A stretch of DNA of 64,000 nucleotides. It comes from an uncultured Acidobacteriota bacterium. GTDB lineage: Bacteria; Acidobacteriota; UBA6911. A model generated the notes under the pieces. The model was not told where the DNA came from and made no database searches. It saw only the letters and a program-made list of their open reading frames with translations. The stretch is from positions 192,001-256,000 of the forward strand of contig CAWEJX010000012.1 of assembly GCA_963809485.1 (NCBI GenBank), written 5' to 3'. Positions 10,421 to 19,862 of this stretch are shown piece by piece. How positions within the stretch are numbered: position 1 is the first letter of the stretch; each line of letters begins with the position of its first letter. The translations under genes were made by a program, and so were the position numbers.

Positions 10421-12229
10421 ATGGACCCTGCCGAGAATGAAAAGAAGAGCACGAGTAGAAGAGCATTTTTCAAGGGCATAGCCGCCGGCGCCGCAGGTGC
10501 AAGTTTGTTGAGTCCGTTTGCCCGGGAAGCCGCGCCCAGTTCCAGTCCGCAGAAAGCAAAGGAGGAGTTGATTACGGTTTTTAACCCTCTCGGACAACCT
10601 CCTCCCCTGGCTTTACTGCCTTTGGCGCCTCGCCTCGATACCCTAAAAGGCAAAACAATCTATGTCGTGGATACTAAATTCCCGGCCAGCAAGACCTTTT
10701 ATGAAGAATTCGTCAGAATTCTCAAGGAGAAATATCCCGATACGACCTGGATTCCGAGAGATAAGATAGGAAGTTATTTTGACGATGATCCAAAACTGTG
10801 GGCCGAAATCAAGGAAAAGGGCCACGGAATGATCATAATGGTAGGTCACTGAAGCACCTGTGCGCCGGCGGTCGCCGGTCATGCGCTAACCGTGGAAAAG
10901 CTGAAAGTGCCCGCAGTGCCCATAATCACCCAGACTTTTAACCGATCTGTCAAGAATGCTGTTTACGTCAAGGGAATGCCCCTCATCCGATTTGCCTTTG
11001 TCCGCCACCCCGTCGCATATACGCCGCTCGCTGACTGCAGGGCGGCCATATTGGGCAAGGATCCTGTGACCGGCAAACAGGTTCTTGATGAAGTTGTTGC
11101 GGGGCTGACCAGTCCTTTGACTGCGGAGGAAAAGAAGACGGGTTTCATAGAAAGGCCGCGGGACAGGTTTGTAAAGCCCGACACGGCCGACAACCTGCAG
11201 AACCTGTTTCGCGACAGCGGATGGACGGACTACCTGCCGATCATTCTTCCGACGGAACAGAAAGTGGCCGAGATGCTCAAAGGCACCAGCCACATGCCCG
11301 ATGAACCGGTAGGCGAGATGCGCCCATCTTCTCCTCACGAAGCGTGGTCCTTCGACGTACGGAAAGTTGCAATCAATGCGGTGATGGCGGGCGCAAAACC
11401 GGAATTTCTCCCGGTAATTCTGGCGATTGCATCCTCGGGGGTCACCTCGCTCTTCACTTCTACAAATTCCTTCACCTCCATGGTGGCCGTAAATGGACCC
11501 ATACGCAAAGAGATAAACATGAACATGGAGATAGGCGCGTTGGGTCCCTTTAATCACGCTAATGCAACCATTGGAAGAGCCTGGACACTGATGTCGAAGA
11601 ATCTGGGCAATGGAGGTGTTCCCGGGCAGAACTACATGGGCAGTCAAGGGCAAGGCCATAGCTACACCAATCTCTGCCTTGGAGAAAAAGAAGAGCGTTT
11701 GCCGCCAGGGTGGAAACCCTTTCATGTACAGAAGGGATTCAAGCCGGAAGAGAGTGTTGTAAGCATGTTCGACGGCTGGAACTGGTCCAACGTTGGGGGA
11801 TTTGAGAGTACTAAGGATCGATCCATCAAACGGTTTTTCGAAAATAATACGCAATGTTGCGGCGCCACCCTGGTTTTAGACCCACTCGTGGCCGACATGC
11901 TCTACAAGGAACTCGGGTACAAAACCAAGGAGCAGTTTCAGGACTGGCTGAACAAGAGCGTTGGAACGGTCAAAGATGATTATTGGGGGGCGATCTCCGG
12001 CCAGGGCGGAGCTGAAGGACCCGGCGGCCGTCGAGCGAAAGAGTATGAACAGGCCAAAGCAGGGGTTGAGCCCTTCGCAACATGGCTGAAATATCCTGAA
12101 GGAGCCGTACTCCCGGTGTCCAGAAATGTGCAGGTCAATATACTCGTGACTGGAGGAGAGACGAATCCCTATTGGCAGGGTGGGAGTCTCAGATACATCG
12201 CAAGTGCATCCGTCGACAAATGGAGGTAG
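10421..12229 (+). CDS. Tat-exported UGSC-family-like selenoprotein, paralog 5 (Sec at UGA 10850-10852)
   Basis: ORFs 10421-10852 and 10892-12229 are in frame and read MVGH-U-STCAPAVAGHA. Twin-arginine SRRAFFK; ends SVDKWR; about 602 aa. Confidence 0.92.
10864..10879 (+). promoter_or_regulatory. Bacterial SECIS-like hairpin (paralog 5)
   Basis: GCCGGC-GGTC-GCCGGT (closing G-U pair) at the same spacing. Confidence 0.8.
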
Positions 12230-12283
12230 GCGGGATGTGCAGGGGGGGCACGGCTCCCCCTGGTTTCCTGAGGGGGAGATCCC

Positions 12284-12853
12284 ATGAGAACAAAGATGAT
12301 TTTGGGTATGCTGGCAGCGCTGGCTGCCTCGATGCCCGCTATGCGGGCACAGTCACGAGAACCCGGTTTCTCTCCATTGAATCCCGCGCAGGTTGGAACC
12401 CGCCTGGGAACTGTTATCGAATGCGGCTTCGGCTATAGTCCCCATGAAAAATATGACGTCAAATTGACTCTTCTGGAAGTTCTGCGCGGAGATAAGGCAT
12501 CGGAGCGGATTAAAGCAGCAAGCGCATCCAATCAACCTCCGAAGGCTGGGCTCGAGTATATTCTTGCCCGCGTCAAGTTTGAGTTTTTTGCCAAAGGGGC
12601 GCCGGGGAATTGTGTTCATGAACTGAGACGGGAAGAATTTGCGGCCTTCTCCGCCGATGGGCAAGAATACGAGGCCGCCATGATTGCACCTCCCCAGCCG
12701 GGGCTCAGCGCGAAGCTCAATTCAGGCGATTCCTTCGAGGGCTGGCTTGCCTTCCAGGCGCCGCAAGGCGGGAACAAGGCATTGCTGAGGTTTGTCGCCA
12801 GCGTCGGAAGCGCCGTCGAACAGGGAGGGCAAGTGTGGTTTCAGCTTTATTGA
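12284..12853 (+). CDS. Secreted DUF4352-like protein, paralog C
   Basis: Signal peptide; IECGFGYSPHEKYDVK..VLRG..GLEYILARVKF..GNCVHE..SGDSFEGWLAF..WFQLY. Confidence 0.75.
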   Translation: MRTKMILGMLAALAASMPAMRAQSREPGFSPLNPAQVGTRLGTVIECGFGYSPHEKYDVKLTLLEVLRGDKASERIKAASASNQPPKAGLEYILARVKFEFFAKGAPGNCVHELRREEFAAFSADGQEYEAAMIAPPQPGLSAKLNSGDSFEGWLAFQAPQGGNKALLRFVASVGSAVEQGGQVWFQLY

Positions 12854-12861
12854 ATGGGCCC

Positions 12862-13171
12862 TAGCTAGTTTCTGTCGCGAAACTCGGTTCTTGCGAGGAA
12901 ACCGGATTTTTCAACAGTCGATAGGATATTTGATATTATGTAGAAGCCGGGAATTGGAGCCAGGCCGCGTAGCGGTCAGCTGAGTTTAGCCAGGCCTTTT
13001 AAGGCTTGGATCTAAAGGAGTTAGGTTTTCCGTCGCCTAGCAACGGTTGAATCTCAGGCGGCGCTACGCGACGCGCTATTCTCAATACCATGATTCCCGG
13101 CCTTGAAAGGCCGGGCTAAAATCATAGTGCCGCTATGCGGCGCAAACCAGTTTCGCGACAGAAACTAGCTA
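12862..13171. mobile_element. MITE-like element with 23-bp perfect terminal inverted repeats and internal REP-like hairpins
   Basis: tagctagtttctgtcgcgaaact (12862-12884) is the exact reverse complement of 13149-13171; internal cccggccttgaaaggccggg and cgtcgc..cgctacgcgacg palindromes. Confidence 0.7.
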
Positions 13172-13204
13172 TGGAAACCCAATCCAAAGCAAGGAGAAAC
13201 AACC

Positions 13205-13765
13205 GTGAAGCTCAGAAGAACACTCGCATGGCTTGTTCTGGCATACCTGGTTACAGCTCCTGCCTTACTGCAGTCGCAAATACCAGGCTACTCCCCGCTC
13301 AGCCCGGCAGCCGTCGGCGCCCGGGTGGAGACCGTGATCCAATGCGGCGGAGAGCCTTGTGATGTGAGAATCTTCCTTCTCGAGGTTGTGCGCGGCGAGA
13401 AGGCCTGGCAACGTATCCAAGCGACAAATTCGTCCAATACTCCGCCGGAAGGCGACCTAGAATATGTCCTTGCGCGTATGAGGTTCGAGATGTCTTCGAG
13501 GACTCCGGGAAGCAAGAGCTACCCGATAAGATCGGGACAGACAGGGCAGTTTTTCGCTTTCTCGGCAGAGGGCCAACCCTATGAGACGCCTGCTCTGGTG
13601 TTGCCCAAACCGGAACTGGAGGGCTTGCTCCGTTCCGGCGAATCGATTGAGGGCTGGATTGCTTTCCGTGTACTCAAGAGCGAAGCCAAGCCGCTGATGA
13701 GCTTTGATCCGGCATCCGGGGCGGCTAAAAGCCAAGGCAAGCTCATATGGTTCCGGCTCCAATAA
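13205..13765 (+). CDS. Secreted DUF4352-like protein, paralog D
   Basis: aaggag RBS, GTG start, signal peptide, IQCGGEPCDV..VVRG..LEYVLARMRF..RSGESIEGWIAF..WFRLQ. Confidence 0.75.
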   Translation: MKLRRTLAWLVLAYLVTAPALLQSQIPGYSPLSPAAVGARVETVIQCGGEPCDVRIFLLEVVRGEKAWQRIQATNSSNTPPEGDLEYVLARMRFEMSSRTPGSKSYPIRSGQTGQFFAFSAEGQPYETPALVLPKPELEGLLRSGESIEGWIAFRVLKSEAKPLMSFDPASGAAKSQGKLIWFRLQ

Positions 13766-14150
13766 ATAGCGGTTCCGGCAAGTCAACGAAAGATGAAATG
13801 ATTCGGCGGCCGGTGAGGACTTTCAATTCGCATCAAGAGGAAAAACACTGAAAAGGCGAAGTGGAAGAAAAGCCTGCACGGCGAGAAAGGCAATCGAATG
13901 GGATGTCCGCTCGTTGCGGGGCGCGGATGCACATCCTCTGCGCGATAAATCCTCCCTGGCGCCATTCGGAAAATTTTGAATTGCCTGGGATTGCCTTCCA
14001 AACCGCCGCCTGTTTTCCGGGTTCTGACATCACCTTAATGCCGGCTGTGTCGCCCGGCTGAAGCGAAGCAGATGAAAAGAGACCTATGGATGAGTGCATG
14101 GAATTTATCGGATTCACCAACAGATTTCGCAATGGAAAGGAGAAATAACG

Positions 14151-15836
14151 ATGAGTTCCGCTGCGAATGAGGAAAGGAAACTAACACGAAGGGAGTTCTT
14201 CAAAGGATCGGCTGCGGGAGGAGCGGCTGGATTGATTGTGGGCGCCGGAGGCGCTGCACTGATGAGTGGCAGCTCAAAGCCATGGCTGCCCAAGACGTGG
14301 GACTATGAGGCAGATGTGGTCGTCGTGGGAACGGGATATGCGGGTCAGAATGCAGCCATTGCCAGCCACGATGCCGGAGCGAGTGTGCTTGTATTGGAAA
14401 AGGCGCCGGAACGTTTTGCAGGTGGGAATTCCAGCGTTTCAGGAGGCGGCATGACGGTTCCGTTAAACGTGTCCGAGGCGATAAAATATTACCGCGCGTT
14501 ATGCTTCGGAACGGTCCCCGATGACCTGTGTGTTGTAATGGCCGAGGTCATGGCTAAGGTTCCGGAACAGCTTAAGAAGATAGATATTGAAACTTCTACC
14601 AGGCAATTCGCTACTGGCGCAGCGCCGGCGGCTCCATCGGGCCGCGCTCCGGCGGCTCGTCCACGGACCGGGCTATCCCTTCTTCCTGGTACCGGAAACT
14701 TTAAAATCTACTATATTGTTCCTTCGGGCGATGCCGATCGGCGCACGGGGGCCGGCACGCTACTATACCTTGCGCTCAAGAAGTGCTCGGTAGACAGGGG
14801 GGTCAAATTTTTATACGAGACTCCGGCGAAAAGTCTGATCCAGGACCCTGAAACAAAGGCAATTCTGGGCGTCGTTGCATACGCACAGGGCAAAAACGTC
14901 TATGTTAAGGCAAAAAGAGGCGTGGTCCTGGCCTGCGGCGGATATCAGACAAACCGTGAAATGCTGGGATATTTCAATTATCCGGGATTGAGGATTTACC
15001 AGTGGGGTACACCCTACAATAGCGGGGACGGCATAAAAATGGCGGCGGAAACAGGTGCGGCCCTATGGCATATGTTCAGCATTGAGTGGATCACTCCCAG
15101 TATAAAAGCGCCAAGTGAGCAATATGGTGTTTCTGTTCAAGTAAGCACCGGATATGGGGCAGCCAGCGGTTTTATTTTTGCAAACAAATACGGCAAGAGA
15201 TTCATGAATGAATTGAAGAATCTGGGTCACAACAAGGAGAGTTTGGAACTGACCTACTTTAGTCAAGATCGAGTGGAGTATCCCAATAATCCTTTTTATC
15301 TAATCTTTGATGAGAATCTCAAGACCAAGCAGCCGCTTTCAAGCACCGGAATGGGTATGGGTGGGCGTATGACTTGGAATGTCGTTCATGGCGTTTACAA
15401 ATGGAGTACCGATAACAATGCAGAAATAGAGAAGGGGTGGATCATCAAGGCAGATACCCTCAAAGAATTGGCTGCCAAAATCTCAATGGATGCTGCAGGA
15501 TTGGAAAGTACCATTGCCAAATACAATGAATACTGCAGAAACAGAAAGGATGCCGAATTTGACCGGCGGAAGGAATCTCTTCAGCCTATTAAAACTCCGC
15601 CGTACTATGCAACGGAGCTGGCACTTACCTGCATCAACACGCAGGGCGGTCCGAAACATAATGGCAAATCCCAAACACTCGATAAAGAGGATAAGCCAAT
15701 CCCGCGACTTTATTCTGCAGGCGAGCTTGGTTCGTTCTTTGGTTTCCTATATCCGGGCGGAAGCAACATACCTGAGGCCATAGCCTTTGGCCGCATCGCG
15801 GGCGAGAATGCGGCCGCTGAGAAGGCGTGGTCGTGA
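14151..15836 (+). CDS. Tat-exported FAD-dependent oxidoreductase (FAD_binding_2; fumarate reductase/flavocytochrome c/KstD-like)
   Basis: LTRREFFK Tat motif, DVVVVGTGYAG, GGNSSVSGG, NTQGGP and LYSAGE motifs. Confidence 0.88.
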   Translation: MSSAANEERKLTRREFFKGSAAGGAAGLIVGAGGAALMSGSSKPWLPKTWDYEADVVVVGTGYAGQNAAIASHDAGASVLVLEKAPERFAGGNSSVSGGGMTVPLNVSEAIKYYRALCFGTVPDDLCVVMAEVMAKVPEQLKKIDIETSTRQFATGAAPAAPSGRAPAARPRTGLSLLPGTGNFKIYYIVPSGDADRRTGAGTLLYLALKKCSVDRGVKFLYETPAKSLIQDPETKAILGVVAYAQGKNVYVKAKRGVVLACGGYQTNREMLGYFNYPGLRIYQWGTPYNSGDGIKMAAETGAALWHMFSIEWITPSIKAPSEQYGVSVQVSTGYGAASGFIFANKYGKRFMNELKNLGHNKESLELTYFSQDRVEYPNNPFYLIFDENLKTKQPLSSTGMGMGGRMTWNVVHGVYKWSTDNNAEIEKGWIIKADTLKELAAKISMDAAGLESTIAKYNEYCRNRKDAEFDRRKESLQPIKTPPYYATELALTCINTQGGPKHNGKSQTLDKEDKPIPRLYSAGELGSFFGFLYPGGSNIPEAIAFGRIAGENAAAEKAWS

Positions 15837-16100
15837 AGCGAATTCTCGGGCAGATAAGTCCGCTAGGCCAGCCTTAGGCGAAAGACCGATGTGGCAATGA
15901 TCCGGCTGGCGCAAGCAAAACAGGTCCCGTCCAGCAGGCGGGACCTCGGAGCCTGTCCGAGAATTGGGAGGGGCCACGTTCCTGGCTTGGCGGGGGCAGA
16001 TGTAGGGCGGCGCAGCGGCCCAGCCCCATACGCGCGATCCCTCCTCATTCTCGGGCAGGTTCCCGGTGCCGGATATAATCCTGATGATGGGAGAATACCG

Positions 16101-16985
16101 ATGCGCATGCGAAAAACCAAACTCTGGATTATCACGTCACTTTTCCTGGGCGCGTTCACCGCTGCGCTTGGCACAGCTCGCGCAGCGGATACGAATTGCA
16201 GTCGCGAGTGTCTGCAGAGTTTCATCGCGAAATACCTGGATGCCATGCGGGCCCATGATCCCGGCTTGCTGCCCTGTTCCGCGGGGCTGAAGTTTACCGA
16301 GGATTCCGAGCCGATGAAACTGGGCGACGGGCTGTGGAAGAGCGTGTCCGGCATTCGGCCATACCGCCGTGACGTTCTGGATGTCGCTCGGGGAATCGCC
16401 GCGTCCAAAGTTGTTGTTGAGGAAGCGGGCTCTCCGGTTCTTCTGCAGCTTAGACTGAAAGTCGTCAATCAAAAAATCACCGAAGTCGAAACAATGACGG
16501 TTCGCAACCAGAAAGAGGGAGGGCTCTTCAATCCGGCCGCGCTGCAGACTTCGAGCCAGGGGATGTCATTCGTTCCCGGGCGGGCGCAAATCGCCTCCCG
16601 TGAGGAAATGGTCAAGATAGCCGAAATCTACCCCGCCGGTCTGAAGATCGGGAGCTTCGTGACAGTGGACGCACCCTTCGGTCCGGAGGCATACCGCATC
16701 GAGAACGGAGTAATTACGGCCGGCTCCGGCTGCACGCGGCCGGGATGCGAGAACATCAAGACGCAGGTCAATATCAAACACCCCGGGATCACCTACCATG
16801 TAGCGGCCGTGGATGAGGATCTCGGCATTGTTTTGATGCGTCTGGATTTCGGCGAAACAAGCGCGTATGGACCCGGCATATCGCGGGTCTTGTGGGAGGA
16901 GTTCAAAATATACGGCGGCATGATCCACGCAGTCGAAGCATTTATGCGCTATATACCTGCCAGCAAGGGCTCCGGCTGGGACTGA
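16101..16985 (+). CDS. Secreted hypothetical protein
   Basis: Signal peptide from ATG 16101, then CSRECL..YLDAM..HDP..LKFTE; well-formed ~294-aa ORF. Confidence 0.75.
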   Translation: MRMRKTKLWIITSLFLGAFTAALGTARAADTNCSRECLQSFIAKYLDAMRAHDPGLLPCSAGLKFTEDSEPMKLGDGLWKSVSGIRPYRRDVLDVARGIAASKVVVEEAGSPVLLQLRLKVVNQKITEVETMTVRNQKEGGLFNPAALQTSSQGMSFVPGRAQIASREEMVKIAEIYPAGLKIGSFVTVDAPFGPEAYRIENGVITAGSGCTRPGCENIKTQVNIKHPGITYHVAAVDEDLGIVLMRLDFGETSAYGPGISRVLWEEFKIYGGMIHAVEAFMRYIPASKGSGWD

Positions 16986-17019
16986 GAGTCCCGGGGGCTA
17001 TTGCCAGATGCAGCTTTGT

Positions 17020-17413
17020 GTCAGGCACCTCCGGCAAACCGGAGGCTTGAAAGATTTAAACCGCTCAAAGCGGTTGAAGGAGTTACGCTGGTCTTGAACG
17101 CTGACTTACGCGGGCAAAAGCCGATGAGGCGCTTCCGATCCCCGCAGGGGCCAGCGCTCCGCGCTGGACAGTTTTCTGCGGCGGCACTGTGGCAAACGCC
17201 CTGATTCTCATAACCTCCATCTCCTTGCCGCACGGCCTTTGCCACAGTGCCGCCGCAGAAAACTCCATCGGAAGCGCCTCATCGGCTTTTGCTCGCCGAC
17301 CCTCGCCGAACAAATCGGCGTTAGTCAGCGCTTTTGTCAGCGTATCTCAGCATTTCAAAATACGGAGCTGTCAAACTCTACGAGTCCTCCGGCAAAGCCG
17401 TGGGTTTACCAAT
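17020..17413. mobile_element. Non-autonomous IS200/IS605-like element, copy B, with a nested inverted repeat
   Basis: Same ends as copy A, plus an extra ~25-bp inverted repeat gttttctgcggcggcactgtggcaaa / tttgccacagtgccgccgcagaaaac (17171-17263). Confidence 0.75.
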
Positions 17414-17547
17414 AGAATTTAGATGCCGCTTCTGATGTTTCGCGAGAACTCGTCCAACTCTATGCGGTTTGGGCATTTGTCGCTGTCGGATTACCCTAAC
17501 TCAGGCGGTGTTTTTCAATCGTCAACCCTTTATCGTAAATCGTCAAT

Positions 17548-18483
17548 CTATTTGGCCCTGCATCGATCGAAGAATTTAAATACACTCGGCAATACCAGCG
17601 GGATCATGCCGCCGTGATCGGCATTCACCTCCATGTACTCTATTTTAAAGCCGCGCTCCTTCATCCAGGCATACATTGCTTTGCTTCCGACAAGAGACGG
17701 GGTTGCCCCTGTTCCCTCCGTCATGAAGACAGGCATTTTTCGTATGCTGTCCCACGGATAATTAGATTCGTCAACAAACGGCCCCGACATGGGAGCTATT
17801 GCGGCCCAGTAACGGGAATATTTTGCGCCCAAATACCATGTGCCGCCGCTTCCCATCGAATGCCCCATCAGAAACACGGAGGAGCGGTCCACCGGATACT
17901 CGTTGAGCACGATTTCGAGCACATTGATGACATCTTTCTCGCTGAGTTCGAGCGTTCGTTCCTTTTCCGCGCTCACCGCTGCTCGCTGTTGTGCGGCTAT
18001 TTGCGGATTTCCAAAGACGGCCGGAAGACGCAGGGGTGTTCCGTAAGCGCCCATGCGAGTGTACCCTAACGGCGATACCAGGATGTAGCCGTGCTGCTCG
18101 GCCAAACGAATAAGCTGTTTGTCATTCGCATCGACATACCAATTCTCATCCGATCCCGCGCCGTGCAGCATCACGACCAATGGCAACTGGGATTTTCCGT
18201 CCCAGGAAGTGGGGACGTAAAGACGGTAGGGCATGTCGGCATTTGCTGCAGCAAAATGATATTTCCGATGAAGATCCCCTTTGGCGCGCCATTGCGGATC
18301 GTTGGGAGAAGCGATGCTTTGGGCCAGTGCCTGAGATTCGCGGACCTGTTCCCGGGCATCGACGGCACTGCCGAATGTTATCGTCAGGGACGTCTGTGCC
18401 CACAGCAGGGCGGCAGCAAAGCCGGCAAGAAAAAACACACATACCGGCAATGCCCTTTGCCGTGAAAAAGATTTGCTCGACAT
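17548..18483 (-). CDS. Secreted alpha/beta hydrolase (PHB depolymerase/esterase-like)
   Basis: PYRLYVP, LVVMLHGAG, GHSMG nucleophile elbow, C-terminal ADHGG His; signal peptide. Confidence 0.85.
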   Translation of the reverse strand: MSSKSFSRQRALPVCVFFLAGFAAALLWAQTSLTITFGSAVDAREQVRESQALAQSIASPNDPQWRAKGDLHRKYHFAAANADMPYRLYVPTSWDGKSQLPLVVMLHGAGSDENWYVDANDKQLIRLAEQHGYILVSPLGYTRMGAYGTPLRLPAVFGNPQIAAQQRAAVSAEKERTLELSEKDVINVLEIVLNEYPVDRSSVFLMGHSMGSGGTWYLGAKYSRYWAAIAPMSGPFVDESNYPWDSIRKMPVFMTEGTGATPSLVGSKAMYAWMKERGFKIEYMEVNADHGGMIPLVLPSVFKFFDRCRAK

Positions 18484-18606
18484 CGATCGTCTTTCCTTTC
18501 AATTTCCGGACTTGATTCGCCGACGCCGCCTTCCGCGCCACAGGATCTGCAAATTGGGCTGGGATCCGGTGTCCACTCCCGGCGATCCGCAAGCCGTTCC
18601 CATCGA

Positions 18607-19848
18607 TTAGGCCTCCGCCGCCTTCTTTGCCTGGGCTTTTTCAGTGTGGTGTTTCAGGAGCAACAGCTCGATCAGGGTCAGCACGGCGATTCCCGCCATC
18701 ATGTACCAGCCCGCGCTGAATCCCTTTGTCCAATCGCGCAGCACCCCCAGCATTTGAGGGCCCAGGTAGCCCGAGATTCCAGCTCCCAGTCCCAGCATAC
18801 CCATCACATTTCCCGTCTCGCGCCCGGTCAGCACGCTTCCGGCGAGCCCATACACTTGATTGGTTGCGGTAAATCCTGCGGCAAGCACCACGGCTGTGGC
18901 AATTCGAAATACCAGTTCATTCCCGCTGGTCATGGCAAGCGACGCCGGTATCAAAAATACAACGAGCGAGCTCAGGACGATCCATTTGTTGTAGTGATCC
19001 ATCAGGTAACCGAAAAGGAGGTTCAGGAAAATCGCGCAAATGTAGCCTGTACTGATCACAAACGATGCTTCCACAGCATCCATTTTGAAAACGGTGGTTG
19101 CTGCGGCGGGAACAAAAAAGGTCACGCTGAAGGCAGCCGCCCCCACCATTGCCACCAATACAACAAGCGCCCAGACAATCGGGGTACGGAATGCGCTCTG
19201 CCCGCCGTGCCGGGAACTGCCCCCGTGGTGCGCCTGTGCCGGTCCCCGCTCGCCCGTTTGCCGGCGATAGAATACCCAGACTGCAATGGCCCCCAGGACC
19301 GCTGCGAATGCGAAAGCCGTCATCCCTGTGCGCCATCCGAAATTTTCGCCGATTTTGCTCCCGAAGGGCGCTCCAATCACCGAAGCCAGCGAAGAAACCG
19401 ATCCGAGGAAGCCCATGGATGAACCCTTCAAGGAAGGGGGCGCGGTGAGCGCGATAGCCGTCAGCACACAGACGAAGGCGAACCGGTAAGCACCGAGCCA
19501 CAAAGCGCGGGAAGCGAAGGCGGAATAAAAACCCGGCGCCTTGCCCAGTATGAACAGCCCGAATCCCACCATAAACAGTGCCAGGACCAGCACGCGCTTC
19601 TCACCGTAACGCTTGGCCACAAGGCCCGCGGGCACACTTAAGGCCAGCGCAAGCAAGCCATACATCCCCGTGAACAGCCCCACCTGGGTGTAGCTCATGG
19701 AGAATTCCTTCTGGATGTCGGGCAAGAGTGGAGCAAACCCCAGGCTGGACATTTGAAGGGTCATCATCCCAAAGAGCGCCGCAACGAAGGGAACAATCCA
19801 GGATCGATCCGTGTTCGGTATTTTCTCTGACATCATGAATGCCTCCAT
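18607..19848 (-). CDS. MFS transporter
   Basis: About 12 hydrophobic segments; GLVAKRYGEKRVL motif A. Confidence 0.9.
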   Translation of the reverse strand: MEAFMMSEKIPNTDRSWIVPFVAALFGMMTLQMSSLGFAPLLPDIQKEFSMSYTQVGLFTGMYGLLALALSVPAGLVAKRYGEKRVLVLALFMVGFGLFILGKAPGFYSAFASRALWLGAYRFAFVCVLTAIALTAPPSLKGSSMGFLGSVSSLASVIGAPFGSKIGENFGWRTGMTAFAFAAVLGAIAVWVFYRRQTGERGPAQAHHGGSSRHGGQSAFRTPIVWALVVLVAMVGAAAFSVTFFVPAAATTVFKMDAVEASFVISTGYICAIFLNLLFGYLMDHYNKWIVLSSLVVFLIPASLAMTSGNELVFRIATAVVLAAGFTATNQVYGLAGSVLTGRETGNVMGMLGLGAGISGYLGPQMLGVLRDWTKGFSAGWYMMAGIAVLTLIELLLLKHHTEKAQAKKAAEA

Positions 19849-19862
19849 TTTGCCCGACGGCG

